Below the pieces are notes generated by a model. That model had not been told where the DNA came from. It ran no database searches and was given only the letters and a program-made list of their open reading frames with translations. A stretch of DNA of 64,000 bases from assembly GCA_041690135.1 (NCBI GenBank), contig JAWLHY010000009.1, positions 128,001-192,000 on the forward strand, in the 5' to 3' direction. The DNA comes from Armatimonadota bacterium (GTDB lineage: Bacteria > Armatimonadota > SYMT01). Position 1 is the stretch's first letter. Each line of letters starts with the position of its first letter. This document shows positions 39,527-48,600 of this stretch, in pieces. The translations under genes and the position numbers were made by a program.

Positions 39527-39801
39527 GAAGTGGCGGGGGTTGACCAGCGTCCGCGTGTCAAAAAGTGGAGGGGACAGATCTCGCGCAAAGACGCAAAGGA
39601 GCAAAGGAGAAGAGAAGGAGAGCGGGTTGGGAGTAGAGGGGGGAGGGTGGAGAGATGCGATCACGATTACGATAAGGACTGCAATTAAATCCCTGGATGA
39701 TTCGTGAACAATACGGGTGTGACTGCCAGGCTGGCTACCGCCAGTTATGTCCGCCGTGTATCGGCCGGCGCGGTTCGCCGCCGTTGATATGCCCGCACCA
39801 C

Positions 39802-40160
39802 CTAGCTTCCGTCCGATGGGGAGGATGCTTCTTCCAGGCGCAGGCGAAACGAGAAGGTGGAGCCCTCCCCGGGGGTGCTCTCCACCGAGATGTCGCTGCC
39901 GAAGAGCTGCATCAGCTTCTGGCTGATCGCCAGGCCCAGGCTGGTTCCGCCGAACTTCGACATGATTTCGGGAGAGGCCAGGGTGAACTCCTCGAAGATC
40001 GTTCCCAACTGGTTGGCGGGAATGCCGATTCCCGTATCCCGGACGGAGACCTCGACCAACACGGCACCGGGATACCGCTCCACGACTGCCGCATCGATCC
40101 GGATACAGCCGCTGTCGGTGAATTTCACCGCGTTGCCGGCAAGATTCGTCACTACCTGTC
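39802..40160 (-). pseudogene. Truncated histidine kinase (HATPase_c only)
   Basis: NLAGNAVKFT, DTGIGI, GGTSLGLAIS, STPGEGSTF; no H-box or sensor region upstream. Confidence 0.8.
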
Positions 40161-40806
40161 CCCAGAGCTATACCCCATAGGCTCACGACACCTATCTTCG
40201 ACAAATCGAGCTGGGGGCGATGCGCGCTTCTGTTAGATAGGTAGCACCAGGTAAAGAGGAAACCATTGCTCCGTTGTTCGTTTTAGTCTGCTTGCCGGAA
40301 GTTGAAGAGGAAGTATGGTTGCTGGTGTAGAATAGTAGATACGGTAGGGTCCGACGTGCAGCCGAGCTCACGGCCGCCTTGTTATGGGGCAGCCGCTCGC
40401 GCCCCAAGCCGACAAGCGGAGCGTGCGAGGCGAGGAAGGCGTGGAAGGCTGCGGTCAGGGGCGTACCTGTAGGGTGCCGGGTGACCCTTCGACAGCGGGA
40501 GCTTCCTGCTTGCCGCCGATGAATGCGACCAAACGGCTTGAATTCGCATGGTTGCTATTTAGTTCTGCAAGCTAACGGCCGAACCTTAGTCGAGTGATCG
40601 CGAAGAAATAACCCACTGGATGGTTACTCTCGCCACTCCAGGTGCACTACTATTTGAATATACGAGGGCACGCAGGGCGCTTCCCGCCAGCCAGGACTTT
40701 TCCGACCCTTGCCAGCGCTCTCCACCTGGGGACGGACCCGTTAGACGGTCATCTGTAGCTACGCTCGCTCAACGGTGGGCGATCCGGATTACAAAGTGAG
40801 TGAGTC

Positions 40807-42699
40807 ATGTTGCATCGCTTGATCTCCGGAGGGGCACTCCTGTGCACCCTCACGGCAGTTTCCTCCGCCCCCGCGGTGATGGAGAGGATGAGTCGGGTGC
40901 GGCCCGCGCTGGTTCGCTCGGAATCGAAGCCGGCATCCTACCTGGGTGGCTCGACCTCGGGTGATGTGCGCTCCCTCATTGTTCGTGTCCGCGAGCCACA
41001 CCGAGGCGTACAGGCGCTGCGGAAAGCGGGTGCGACCATCACCCGGACGTACTCCCACTTCCCCCTGGTGGCGATTCGCGCCGATTCTGCGATTCTCCAG
41101 CGCGTTCGCGCCTCCCCGGAGGTGTTGCATATCAGCCCGGATGCAGCGGTCCAGCGGACCACGGAGTTCGCCCTCCCGGCGATCAGCGCGGACCTGGCCC
41201 AGCAGTCCGGCGCGAGCGGAAGCGGAGTCGGAATCGCGGTGGTCGACAGCGGCGTAGACCAGCACGAAGACCTCGGTGGGGGCGCTGGTCCCCGTGGCAG
41301 TCGGTGCATTGCCGGTCAGGACTTCCTCACCGGCTCCCAGAAGATGGTGAATAACGACCAGTGCGGTCATGGGACGATGGTCGCGGGTATCGCCGCCGGT
41401 AACGGTCTCGCCAGCACCTACAACGATGGGCGGCGCTGGACGACACGGCGCTTTGCGGGCGTGGCGCCCAAAGCGAACATCATCAATCTTCGGGTGCTGG
41501 ACCAGCACGGCCGGGGCGATGTCGCCACCGTCCTGGCGGCCCTGGACTGGTGCATCCAACATAAGAACCAGTACGGCATCCGGATCGTCAATCTCTCCCT
41601 GGGCCATCCTCCCGTGGAGAGCTACCGGACGGACCCGCTTTGCCAGGCGACCGAGACGGCCTGGAAGTCCGGCCTGGTGGTGATCTGCGCGGCCGGCAAC
41701 CGGGCCCGGGTCAACCAGGACAGCAGCACCGGCGGGAGCCGGTACGGAACGATCAACAGCCCCGGTACGAGCCCGTATGTGATCACCGTCGGCGCGGCGA
41801 AGGACCTCGGTACGGCCTCGCGTGATGACGACGGGGTGGCGAGCTACAGCGGGCGTGGGCCGACTTTGCCGGATCACATCCTGAAACCGGACCTGATCGC
41901 TCCCGGTAACCGCATCATCAGCTTGCGGCATCCCGGCAGCGCACTCGAACGCGCTGCGGACCGCACCAATCTCGTGCCCCTCGATTACTACTGGGTCAAC
42001 CCGATCGCGAAGGGCCGGGAACAGTATTTCAACCTCTCGGGGACGAGCATGGCCGCGGCGATGGTCAGCGGGGCGGTGGCGCTGATGCTCGAGCAGGATC
42101 CCGGCCTCTCTCCCGATACCGTCAAAGCGCGCCTGATGCTCACGGCCCGCAAGGTGTGGCGCGCGGACGGCACCACGCCGGATATCTTCAGCCGCGGTGC
42201 CGGCCTGTTGGACGTAAAACGGGCGCTGTTGTGTCCGGTTACCGCTACCCGCCCCGCCTTCTCCCCCTGGTGCGAGCGCACCGAGCACGGGATCCGGATC
42301 CGGATGCAGCAGAGCCTGACCGGCGAGCAGGCGTTGTGGTCGGACCAGGCGCTGTGGGCGGACCAGGCCCTGTGGGCGGATCAGGCGCTGTGGGCGGACC
42401 AAGCCCTCTGGGCGGATCAAGCGTTATGGGCGGATCAGGCCCTCTGGGCGGATCAAGCGTTGTGGGCCGATCATCACGTGCGCTCGGATCAGGCGCTGTG
42501 GTCGGACCAGGCGCTCTGGGCGGACCAGGCCCTGTGGTCGGACCAAGCCCTGTGGGCGGACCAGGCCCTCTGGGCGGACCAGGCTCTGTGGGCGGACCGC
42601 CAGATACAGGCGGATCAGGCGTTGTGGTCGGATCAGGCGCTGTGGTCGGACCAGGCCTTGTGGGCGGATATCTTCCGCGCATGTATCAGTGGTGATTGA
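40807..42699 (+). CDS. Secreted S8 (subtilisin/AprX-like) serine peptidase with C-terminal hexapeptide repeats
   Basis: Signal peptide, prodomain, triad IAVVDSG / GHGTMVAG / SGTSMAA, oxyanion AAGN. Confidence 0.92.
   Translation: MLHRLISGGALLCTLTAVSSAPAVMERMSRVRPALVRSESKPASYLGGSTSGDVRSLIVRVREPHRGVQALRKAGATITRTYSHFPLVAIRADSAILQRVRASPEVLHISPDAAVQRTTEFALPAISADLAQQSGASGSGVGIAVVDSGVDQHEDLGGGAGPRGSRCIAGQDFLTGSQKMVNNDQCGHGTMVAGIAAGNGLASTYNDGRRWTTRRFAGVAPKANIINLRVLDQHGRGDVATVLAALDWCIQHKNQYGIRIVNLSLGHPPVESYRTDPLCQATETAWKSGLVVICAAGNRARVNQDSSTGGSRYGTINSPGTSPYVITVGAAKDLGTASRDDDGVASYSGRGPTLPDHILKPDLIAPGNRIISLRHPGSALERAADRTNLVPLDYYWVNPIAKGREQYFNLSGTSMAAAMVSGAVALMLEQDPGLSPDTVKARLMLTARKVWRADGTTPDIFSRGAGLLDVKRALLCPVTATRPAFSPWCERTEHGIRIRMQQSLTGEQALWSDQALWADQALWADQALWADQALWADQALWADQALWADQALWADHHVRSDQALWSDQALWADQALWSDQALWADQALWADQALWADRQIQADQALWSDQALWSDQALWADIFRACISGD
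42325..42666 (+). repeat. 18-bp coding tandem repeat: 17 x (D/E)QALW(A/S) plus 2 in-register variant hexads
   Basis: 342 bp = 19 x 18; synonymous codon variation between units. Confidence 0.95.
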
Positions 42700-42793
42700 T
42701 GCGTGGGATAGGTAGCTCGTCGCTGCCTCTCCCCACAACTCAGCAAGTTCAAGCTCGCCCCGCACTCGTTGCCGCGGCTTCGGCTTACCTGTA

Positions 42794-42823
42794 GCCTGCC
42801 GGATGGAAGAGCATCCGGCAGGC
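42794..42823. terminator. Strong hairpin after the S8 gene (terminator or mRNA stabiliser)
   Basis: GCCTGCCGGATG-GAAGAG-CATCCGGCAGGC; no clear U tract. Confidence 0.45.
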
Positions 42824-42979
42824 GTCTACCCTAGCTTCCTTCAATACCGACCGTAGTTTGGCCGGAGAATAGCTGGCAAGGCCGCATCGTTCCCACGGGG
42901 TGGTGCGAGGTGTTTCCTAGCGTAAGTGCGCCTCGCTCTGTACCGGCCATTCGCTGAATCAGCAGAAAGAGTGCCGTCA

Positions 42980-43738
42980 GTGAGATTCCGAAAAGCATTT
43001 ACTTTGATAGAACTGCTGGTTGTTATAGCGATAATTGCTATCTTGGCCGCAATTCTTTTCCCGGTGTTTGCCCAGGCCCGCGAGGCGGCACGGAAGGCGT
43101 CCTGCCTTTCCAACCAGAAGCAAATCGGGATGGCGATCTTGATGTATGCGCAGGATTATGAAGAGGGAATCGTTCCGTGGCTCGCGCCGTCCAATGGCAC
43201 CCCGGCCAGCCAGCGAATCTGGAGCACCCTCCTACAGCCGTACATCAAGAACGGCGCGAACTACTCCAGCACGTCCAGTGGGGTGATGCGGTGCCCCTCG
43301 TGGAGTGAACAGCGAGTGTTGCAGGCGGCCCAGGCATGTGGCACCACCGCCAACGTTGCGCCGATTTTTCCCGCGACCGAGCTCTACTCCAGTTATGGGA
43401 TTGCACTTCCCATCTCTGGAGGCGACGGCTCCGCCGCCAATCCCTACTTCCGGCAGCCAGGCAGTGGCGGCACGGTGGTCACCATCCTCCCTGCGGTGAC
43501 ACGAACCAGTGAAACGGCCATTGTCGCGGATGGCTTCACCGGATTCAAGCAAGGACTGAGCCCGGGCAGCGTGCGGATCGTCTTCGGGTGTGAGGCCCAA
43601 CGCGCGCATAACGAAGGGGGCAACCTGGTCTTCCTGGATGGCCATGCCAAATGGATTAAGGGAAACCCGGAGTCCTACGTATCGCAAAGCTTTAGCGGAT
43701 TGCATTACCAGCGGTACTTCTCCTACGACATGGAATAG
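42980..43738 (+). CDS. Prepilin-type N-terminal cleavage/methylation protein (DUF1559, H-X9-DG)
   Basis: [33 protein letters not shown] ... [16 protein letters not shown]. Confidence 0.9.
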   Translation: MRFRKAFTLIELLVVIAIIAILAAILFPVFAQAREAARKASCLSNQKQIGMAILMYAQDYEEGIVPWLAPSNGTPASQRIWSTLLQPYIKNGANYSSTSSGVMRCPSWSEQRVLQAAQACGTTANVAPIFPATELYSSYGIALPISGGDGSAANPYFRQPGSGGTVVTILPAVTRTSETAIVADGFTGFKQGLSPGSVRIVFGCEAQRAHNEGGNLVFLDGHAKWIKGNPESYVSQSFSGLHYQRYFSYDME

Positions 43739-43845
43739 GGACGTGCTGCGGGTGTGCCACCTTCGGTTCGACAGCGCGCTAGTGCCGATGGAGCCGGCTC
43801 ACGAGGCGTCGCCAGCCAACAGCAGTTGGACTTCTGGGGATCAAC

Positions 43846-46377
43846 ATGCGTTTTAGCGACCTGCCTCCCCGCCTGAAGTTGTTTATCGCTGGGCATCTGT
43901 GTGTAATTCCGCTGGTCTTCCATGCTCTAGCCAGCGCGCATCTGCGACCGGATTGGTGGTTGGTCGCATTGCTCCTGCTCTCCACGCTGGTTTTCAGCAT
44001 GTGGAAGGTGGAGCTCACCATCTTGCAGGGGCGCATGACCCCGACCTTCGCGGTGGTATGCCTGGCGTTGCTGCTGCAGGGGTTGCCGGCGGCCCTTCTG
44101 TGTGCCGCATTTGGTGCATTGGTTGGAAGCTTCGTGCGCTCGGAACGGGGTGGCTGGACAATCACACTGCTTCGCCCCCAGGCATATCGGGTGTGGTTCA
44201 ACGTAGCCAACTGCGTGCTGGCCTGTGTGACCGCGGCGACCGTCTTCGCCCTTGTAGCGGGATTCCTCCACCACACCGCGTTAGGTAATGTTCTGGGACT
44301 GCTCGCTTTCACTTCCGTCTACTTCGTGATCAATACGGCGGGAGTTGCGACAGCCCTGGCACTCCGAGAGCAGGAGTCATGGGTCTCGATCTGGAAGCTT
44401 AACTTCCTTTGGACGGCTCCCGGATTCTTCGCCTCGGCCTCCGCGGCGGCGGGAATCCGGGCAGCATATCAATACCTCGGGGCCTGGTCCCTTTTGCTTC
44501 TGCCGCCACTCTACCTCGTCTCCTATTCCTACCGGTTGTACATGGACCGGCTGCATCTGTTCTCGGAGAAGATGCAGCAGGACATGGCTCACATCAAAGA
44601 GCTGAACAAGCTTAACCAATCCATCATCGCCTCGCTGGCCACCGCTATCGACGCAAAGGATCACTACACCTGCTCCCACATCAACCGGGTCCAGTGTTAT
44701 GCACTGACGCTCGCACGCGCCGCCGGGCTCGCCGAAGCGGATGTGGAGGCCGTAAAAACAGGGGCGTTGGTGCACGACATCGGGAAGTTGGGAGTACCCG
44801 ATCACATCCTGAACAAACCCGGTAAGCTGACCGCTGATGAGTTCAAACGCATCCAGGCTCATGTAGCGATTGGCGCCGAAATTCTAGAGCCCGTGCCGTT
44901 TCCCTTTCCCGTGGTGGACGTGGTGCTTACGCATCACGAGCGCTGGGATGGGCTGGGTTATCCCAAGGGACTCAAAGCCGAAGAGATCTACATTGGCGGA
45001 AGAATTATTGCGATTGCGGATGTGTTCGATGCCCTCACCTCCGACCGACCCTACCGGCGGGGTCTCTCGGAAGAAGAGGCACTGCGAATTCTGAAGGAAG
45101 GCGCCGGAAAGCAGTTCGATCCGTCCTTGGTGGAGCTGTTCGACCAGGTACTCCCGGAAGCCATCCGGGAGATTGCGGCCATGGAAGCCCAGCACGCCCT
45201 CCAGGCATCCGAGCCCGGAGTCGCGCCGGATGGTCCCTCCGCCTGGGTTCAGATCCGGCAGGCGGCCGTGGAAATGGCTGCCGTTAAAGACGTAGCCCAA
45301 CTCCTGGCCGAGCAGGAGACGGTAGAGGACTTGATGGGAGTTCTGCTCGACCGCACGCTGAACTTGCTACCGGTGGATACCACGATTTGCTACCTGATGC
45401 CACCGGGCGAGACTCAACTGACGGCGACGGCGGTAGCAGGCAAGTACGCGGAGAAACTCACCGGGATGGCAATTCAGCTGGGGGAGGGCATGGCCGGCTG
45501 GGTGGCCGAGAAGCAACAGACGCGGATAAACGTGTCTGCCTCCCTGGACCTGGCGCGGCGGTTCACGCCGGAGGAGGTTATGGAGCTGAGCGCCGCTACC
45601 GCCGTTCCCCTAAAGTCCGACACCGGTACTTTCGGGGTGCTGGCAGTGTACACGATGGCCTACAGCGTTCTTTCCGAGCATCACCTTCACCTGCTGAGCG
45701 TGCTTGCGGAACATGCGGTCCCCGCCTTCCAGAATGTCCAGCGATTCGAGGCACAGCGACAACTCGCGCTTAAAGACTCCCTCACGGGGTTGTTGAACAG
45801 TCGTGCCCTGCTTTCCCAACTGAATCAATTGCTGGGAACTGGCGAGAGACAGGCGAAGGGAAGAGAGGAATGCTTCAGCCTTCTGGTGCTCGACCTGGAC
45901 AATTTCAAAGAGGTTAATGACCGGCTGGGTCACCTGCGGGGCGACGATCTGCTGCGAGCGGTTGCCGCGACGCTGGAAGGGGTGCGCCGGAGTGGGGATG
46001 TGGTTTGTCGCTATGGAGGCGACGAGTTTGTCCTCTTGCTCCCCGGAACGGCAAGAGCACAGGCGGAACAACTGGTGATGCGACTGCGAGAGACTTTTGC
46101 GGCGTTGCCGCCGGTCGATGGGCAGGTGCGAGTGGGTTTGAGCGTGGGCGTGGCGAGTTTTCCGGAAGACGGAGCTACGGGCGACGTACTGCTCCACGTG
46201 GCGGATCGCAGGATGTACGACGACAAACTCCAGCGACGCTGCAGGGTTAGCCGGACACAGGTGCGCGTCCGAAGTCAATCTCTTGCACGGCCCAAGCAGG
46301 CCCGTCCTGTGGGATGCGGCATGGGTGCTCCTTCGCCAGCCCCCCGAACCAGCGGTTGGCATAGTGGACCTGGATGA
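43846..46377 (+). CDS. Membrane sensor (possibly MASE9-like) + HD-GYP + GAF + GGDEF c-di-GMP enzyme
   Basis: About 7 TM N-terminus; HDIGK, HHERWDGLGYP; GAF GEGMAGWV; DNFKEVNDRLGH, RSGD I-site, GGDEF. Confidence 0.88.
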   Translation: MRFSDLPPRLKLFIAGHLCVIPLVFHALASAHLRPDWWLVALLLLSTLVFSMWKVELTILQGRMTPTFAVVCLALLLQGLPAALLCAAFGALVGSFVRSERGGWTITLLRPQAYRVWFNVANCVLACVTAATVFALVAGFLHHTALGNVLGLLAFTSVYFVINTAGVATALALREQESWVSIWKLNFLWTAPGFFASASAAAGIRAAYQYLGAWSLLLLPPLYLVSYSYRLYMDRLHLFSEKMQQDMAHIKELNKLNQSIIASLATAIDAKDHYTCSHINRVQCYALTLARAAGLAEADVEAVKTGALVHDIGKLGVPDHILNKPGKLTADEFKRIQAHVAIGAEILEPVPFPFPVVDVVLTHHERWDGLGYPKGLKAEEIYIGGRIIAIADVFDALTSDRPYRRGLSEEEALRILKEGAGKQFDPSLVELFDQVLPEAIREIAAMEAQHALQASEPGVAPDGPSAWVQIRQAAVEMAAVKDVAQLLAEQETVEDLMGVLLDRTLNLLPVDTTICYLMPPGETQLTATAVAGKYAEKLTGMAIQLGEGMAGWVAEKQQTRINVSASLDLARRFTPEEVMELSAATAVPLKSDTGTFGVLAVYTMAYSVLSEHHLHLLSVLAEHAVPAFQNVQRFEAQRQLALKDSLTGLLNSRALLSQLNQLLGTGERQAKGREECFSLLVLDLDNFKEVNDRLGHLRGDDLLRAVAATLEGVRRSGDVVCRYGGDEFVLLLPGTARAQAEQLVMRLRETFAALPPVDGQVRVGLSVGVASFPEDGATGDVLLHVADRRMYDDKLQRRCRVSRTQVRVRSQSLARPKQARPVGCGMGAPSPAPRTSGWHSGPG

Positions 46378-46566
46378 AGCGAGTAGGAGGTAGGCAGCCG
46401 GTTCCCACCCGGGGAGGTCCAACCCGAAGCAGGATGCAGCGCTCCCTCGGCACAACTCTCGACTATACATATGCGCGATGGCGGAAAGCGCGCCGTATCG
46501 CAACTTCCAGAGGAGACCCTGGAGGTGAGTACGCGGATGGATGGGCGGGGTGAAGGAGGCGTGCCA

Positions 46567-47574
46567 ATGGAGATTCCCGCAGAAACGATGAACGCGGAGA
46601 CCCTCCCCCGGGAAACGGAAACCCTTCGGGTGCTGGCGGTAGACGACGATCCCGCACTTCAAAAGCTCGTGCAGGCCGGGCTGGGTGACCTGGGGTATGA
46701 CGTGGACCTGGCGGGGAGCGTACCTGAAGCCCGGGCCTGCCTCCGGAACCGGCCGTACTCCCTGGTCCTTTCGGACTACGACATGCCGGGCGCCAACGGG
46801 TTGGACCTGCTGGCGTATGTTACAGAGGTCTATCCCGACCTGCCGTTCATCATGCTGACCGGTCACGACGCAACTTCGCTGGCTCGCAGCGCCATCGGCT
46901 CGGGCGCTCTCGACTTTCTCGCCAAGCCATTCGGCATCCAGCAACTGGCGCGGGCCATCGAGCAGAACCGCGCTCGCCTCCAGCGAGAGCGGGCGCGCAC
47001 TGCGGAGCTAACGAGCGAGATCCTCACGGGAACCATCCGGGCGCTGGTGGCCGCCGTGGATGCCAAGGACCCCTACACGGCGTGCCATTCCGAACGAGTC
47101 ACCCGGCTGGCGTTTTGCCTGGGAGAGGCAGTAGGCCTACCTCCCGACCGGCTGCGGGTGCTGGAGTTCGCCACGCTGCTGCACGACGTCGGCAAGATCG
47201 GCGTTCCCGATGCCACGCTGCTCAAGCCGGGTGCATTGGACGAAGCGGATTGGGCTTTGATGAAACAACACCCTATTCGCAGCGCCCAGATCGTGAACCA
47301 GGTGGGCCAACTGGCGGAGGTGGCCAACGTGGTCCGCCACCACCACGAGCGTATTGACGGCAAAGGCTACCCGGACGGCCTGGCCGGCGAGGCGATCCCG
47401 TGGCTGTCGCGTTTTATCGCGGTGGCGGATGCCTACGAGGCCATGACCGCCGACCGGGGCTACCGGCGGGCCCTGCCGGTGAAACAGGTGCGGGAGATCA
47501 TCCGGCAGAACCTGGGCACCCAGTTCGATCCGTACCTCGGGGAGGTTTTCCTCGGTCTTACGGACCTGCCTTGA
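46567..47574 (+). CDS. REC + HD-GYP c-di-GMP phosphodiesterase (RpfG-like)
   Basis: LAVDDD, SDYDMP, AKPF; HSERV, HDVGK, HHERIDGKGYP. Confidence 0.9.
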   Translation: MEIPAETMNAETLPRETETLRVLAVDDDPALQKLVQAGLGDLGYDVDLAGSVPEARACLRNRPYSLVLSDYDMPGANGLDLLAYVTEVYPDLPFIMLTGHDATSLARSAIGSGALDFLAKPFGIQQLARAIEQNRARLQRERARTAELTSEILTGTIRALVAAVDAKDPYTACHSERVTRLAFCLGEAVGLPPDRLRVLEFATLLHDVGKIGVPDATLLKPGALDEADWALMKQHPIRSAQIVNQVGQLAEVANVVRHHHERIDGKGYPDGLAGEAIPWLSRFIAVADAYEAMTADRGYRRALPVKQVREIIRQNLGTQFDPYLGEVFLGLTDLP

Positions 47575-47605
47575 GGTGTGTTGGGCGTTCGGGCGTTGGG
47601 CATTG

Positions 47606-47695
47606 GGCCACCCCTCGGGTGGTAAACATTCAGGCTTTCGGCCACCCCTCGGGTGGTAAACATTCAGGCCCACCTGCGGGGGGGGGGTAAACGTT
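47606..47695. repeat. Tandem 30-bp hairpin repeat (2 exact copies + 1 degenerate)
   Basis: GGCCACCCCTCGGGTGGTAAACATTCAGGC at 47606 and 47640. Confidence 0.8.
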
Positions 47696-47853
47696 GGGAA
47701 TATTTCGTTAGCTGAAGGCCCACTGGTCCGAAGCGCCTCAGGGTACTTGTCAGCGCCCGGTTGGTGGCGTCGGCACGACCCACTCGGGCAGTGAACGACC
47801 CGGCAGTTTTTCGCGGGCGCGCCATTCCCGGAAATTGAGAAGATTAACTAAGA

Positions 47854-48276
47854 ATGTCTGCAAGAACTCGACGGCTCGTTGAACACAGCCTCCTGGCCGC
47901 CTTTTTCGTTGGGCCTTTGCTACACTACTGCGCCGCGATTCTGCTCTTTGGTATGGGAGCCGTCAGCAGTGCGGCGTTCACTTCCGGGGCAGTCGGTAAT
48001 CTCCTCATCGGCGCAATCGCAGGGGTTCTTGCAGTGGCGATTGGCCGGGGACGCCGTATCCATCCCATGCACGTGGCCAACCGGACCAGCATGGTCGCGC
48101 TTTCACTCTGGGCCATCCCCTACTTCGGCATTGCCATAGTGAACAGAGTCGCCCCACAAGTCTACGGCACACTGGGGACGATTGTCGTCGTAATGACTGC
48201 GACAGCCTGGTTGACCGGCTTTCTGGGCATCACGCTTGCGGGCCGCGCATTCCCCCAAGACTGGGATAGTGAGTGA
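47854..48276 (+). CDS. Hypothetical 4-TM membrane protein
   Basis: Four hydrophobic helices. Confidence 0.55.
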   Translation: MSARTRRLVEHSLLAAFFVGPLLHYCAAILLFGMGAVSSAAFTSGAVGNLLIGAIAGVLAVAIGRGRRIHPMHVANRTSMVALSLWAIPYFGIAIVNRVAPQVYGTLGTIVVVMTATAWLTGFLGITLAGRAFPQDWDSE

Positions 48277-48286
48277 GCCCACTTGA

Positions 48287-48450
48287 TCACGCGGAAGGTT
48301 CGCTGAGCTCCCGCTCCAGTTCTTCCACCGTGGGCAGGGCAGTGCGGATTTCCTCGGGCAGGGTGGCGGTCAACTCACATTTGCAAGCACTGCTTGCAAA
48401 ATTGACTCATCCGGCCAGGGCTGAGCGAAGGCACGCATGGAGTCGAGGTT
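48287..48450 (-). pseudogene. YhcG/DUF1016 PDDEXK nuclease remnant (internally deleted)
   Basis: MRAFAQPWPDESILQAVLA joined to LPEEIRTALPTVEELEREL*. Confidence 0.6.
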
Positions 48451-48600
48451 CTGCCGGCCAAGAGTAATATAACATCCTCTATTTGGGATGGCGAAGACAC
48501 TTACGCCCGCCTGATGGCGAAACTTCGGCCCCGCCGCTGTCTCATACGCTTCTAAACTCCCTCCGCCCTGCCCTTACGCCTTCTGATAAGATTTGTTTCC

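Noticed and set aside
40225-40600. GTTAGAT, GTTATGG and GCTAAC as further attC remnants
   Set aside because: No paired inner boxes or bounded ORF; too degenerate to call.
42325-42666. 18-bp repeats as a CRISPR array
   Set aside because: No unique spacers; in-frame coding repeat with synonymous variation; no cas genes.
42950-42975. GCTGAATC as the start of a c-di-AMP (ydaO) riboswitch
   Set aside because: The other conserved elements are absent and the CDS begins immediately after.
47606-47695. Mini-CRISPR
   Set aside because: Only 4 nt between copies; no spacer.
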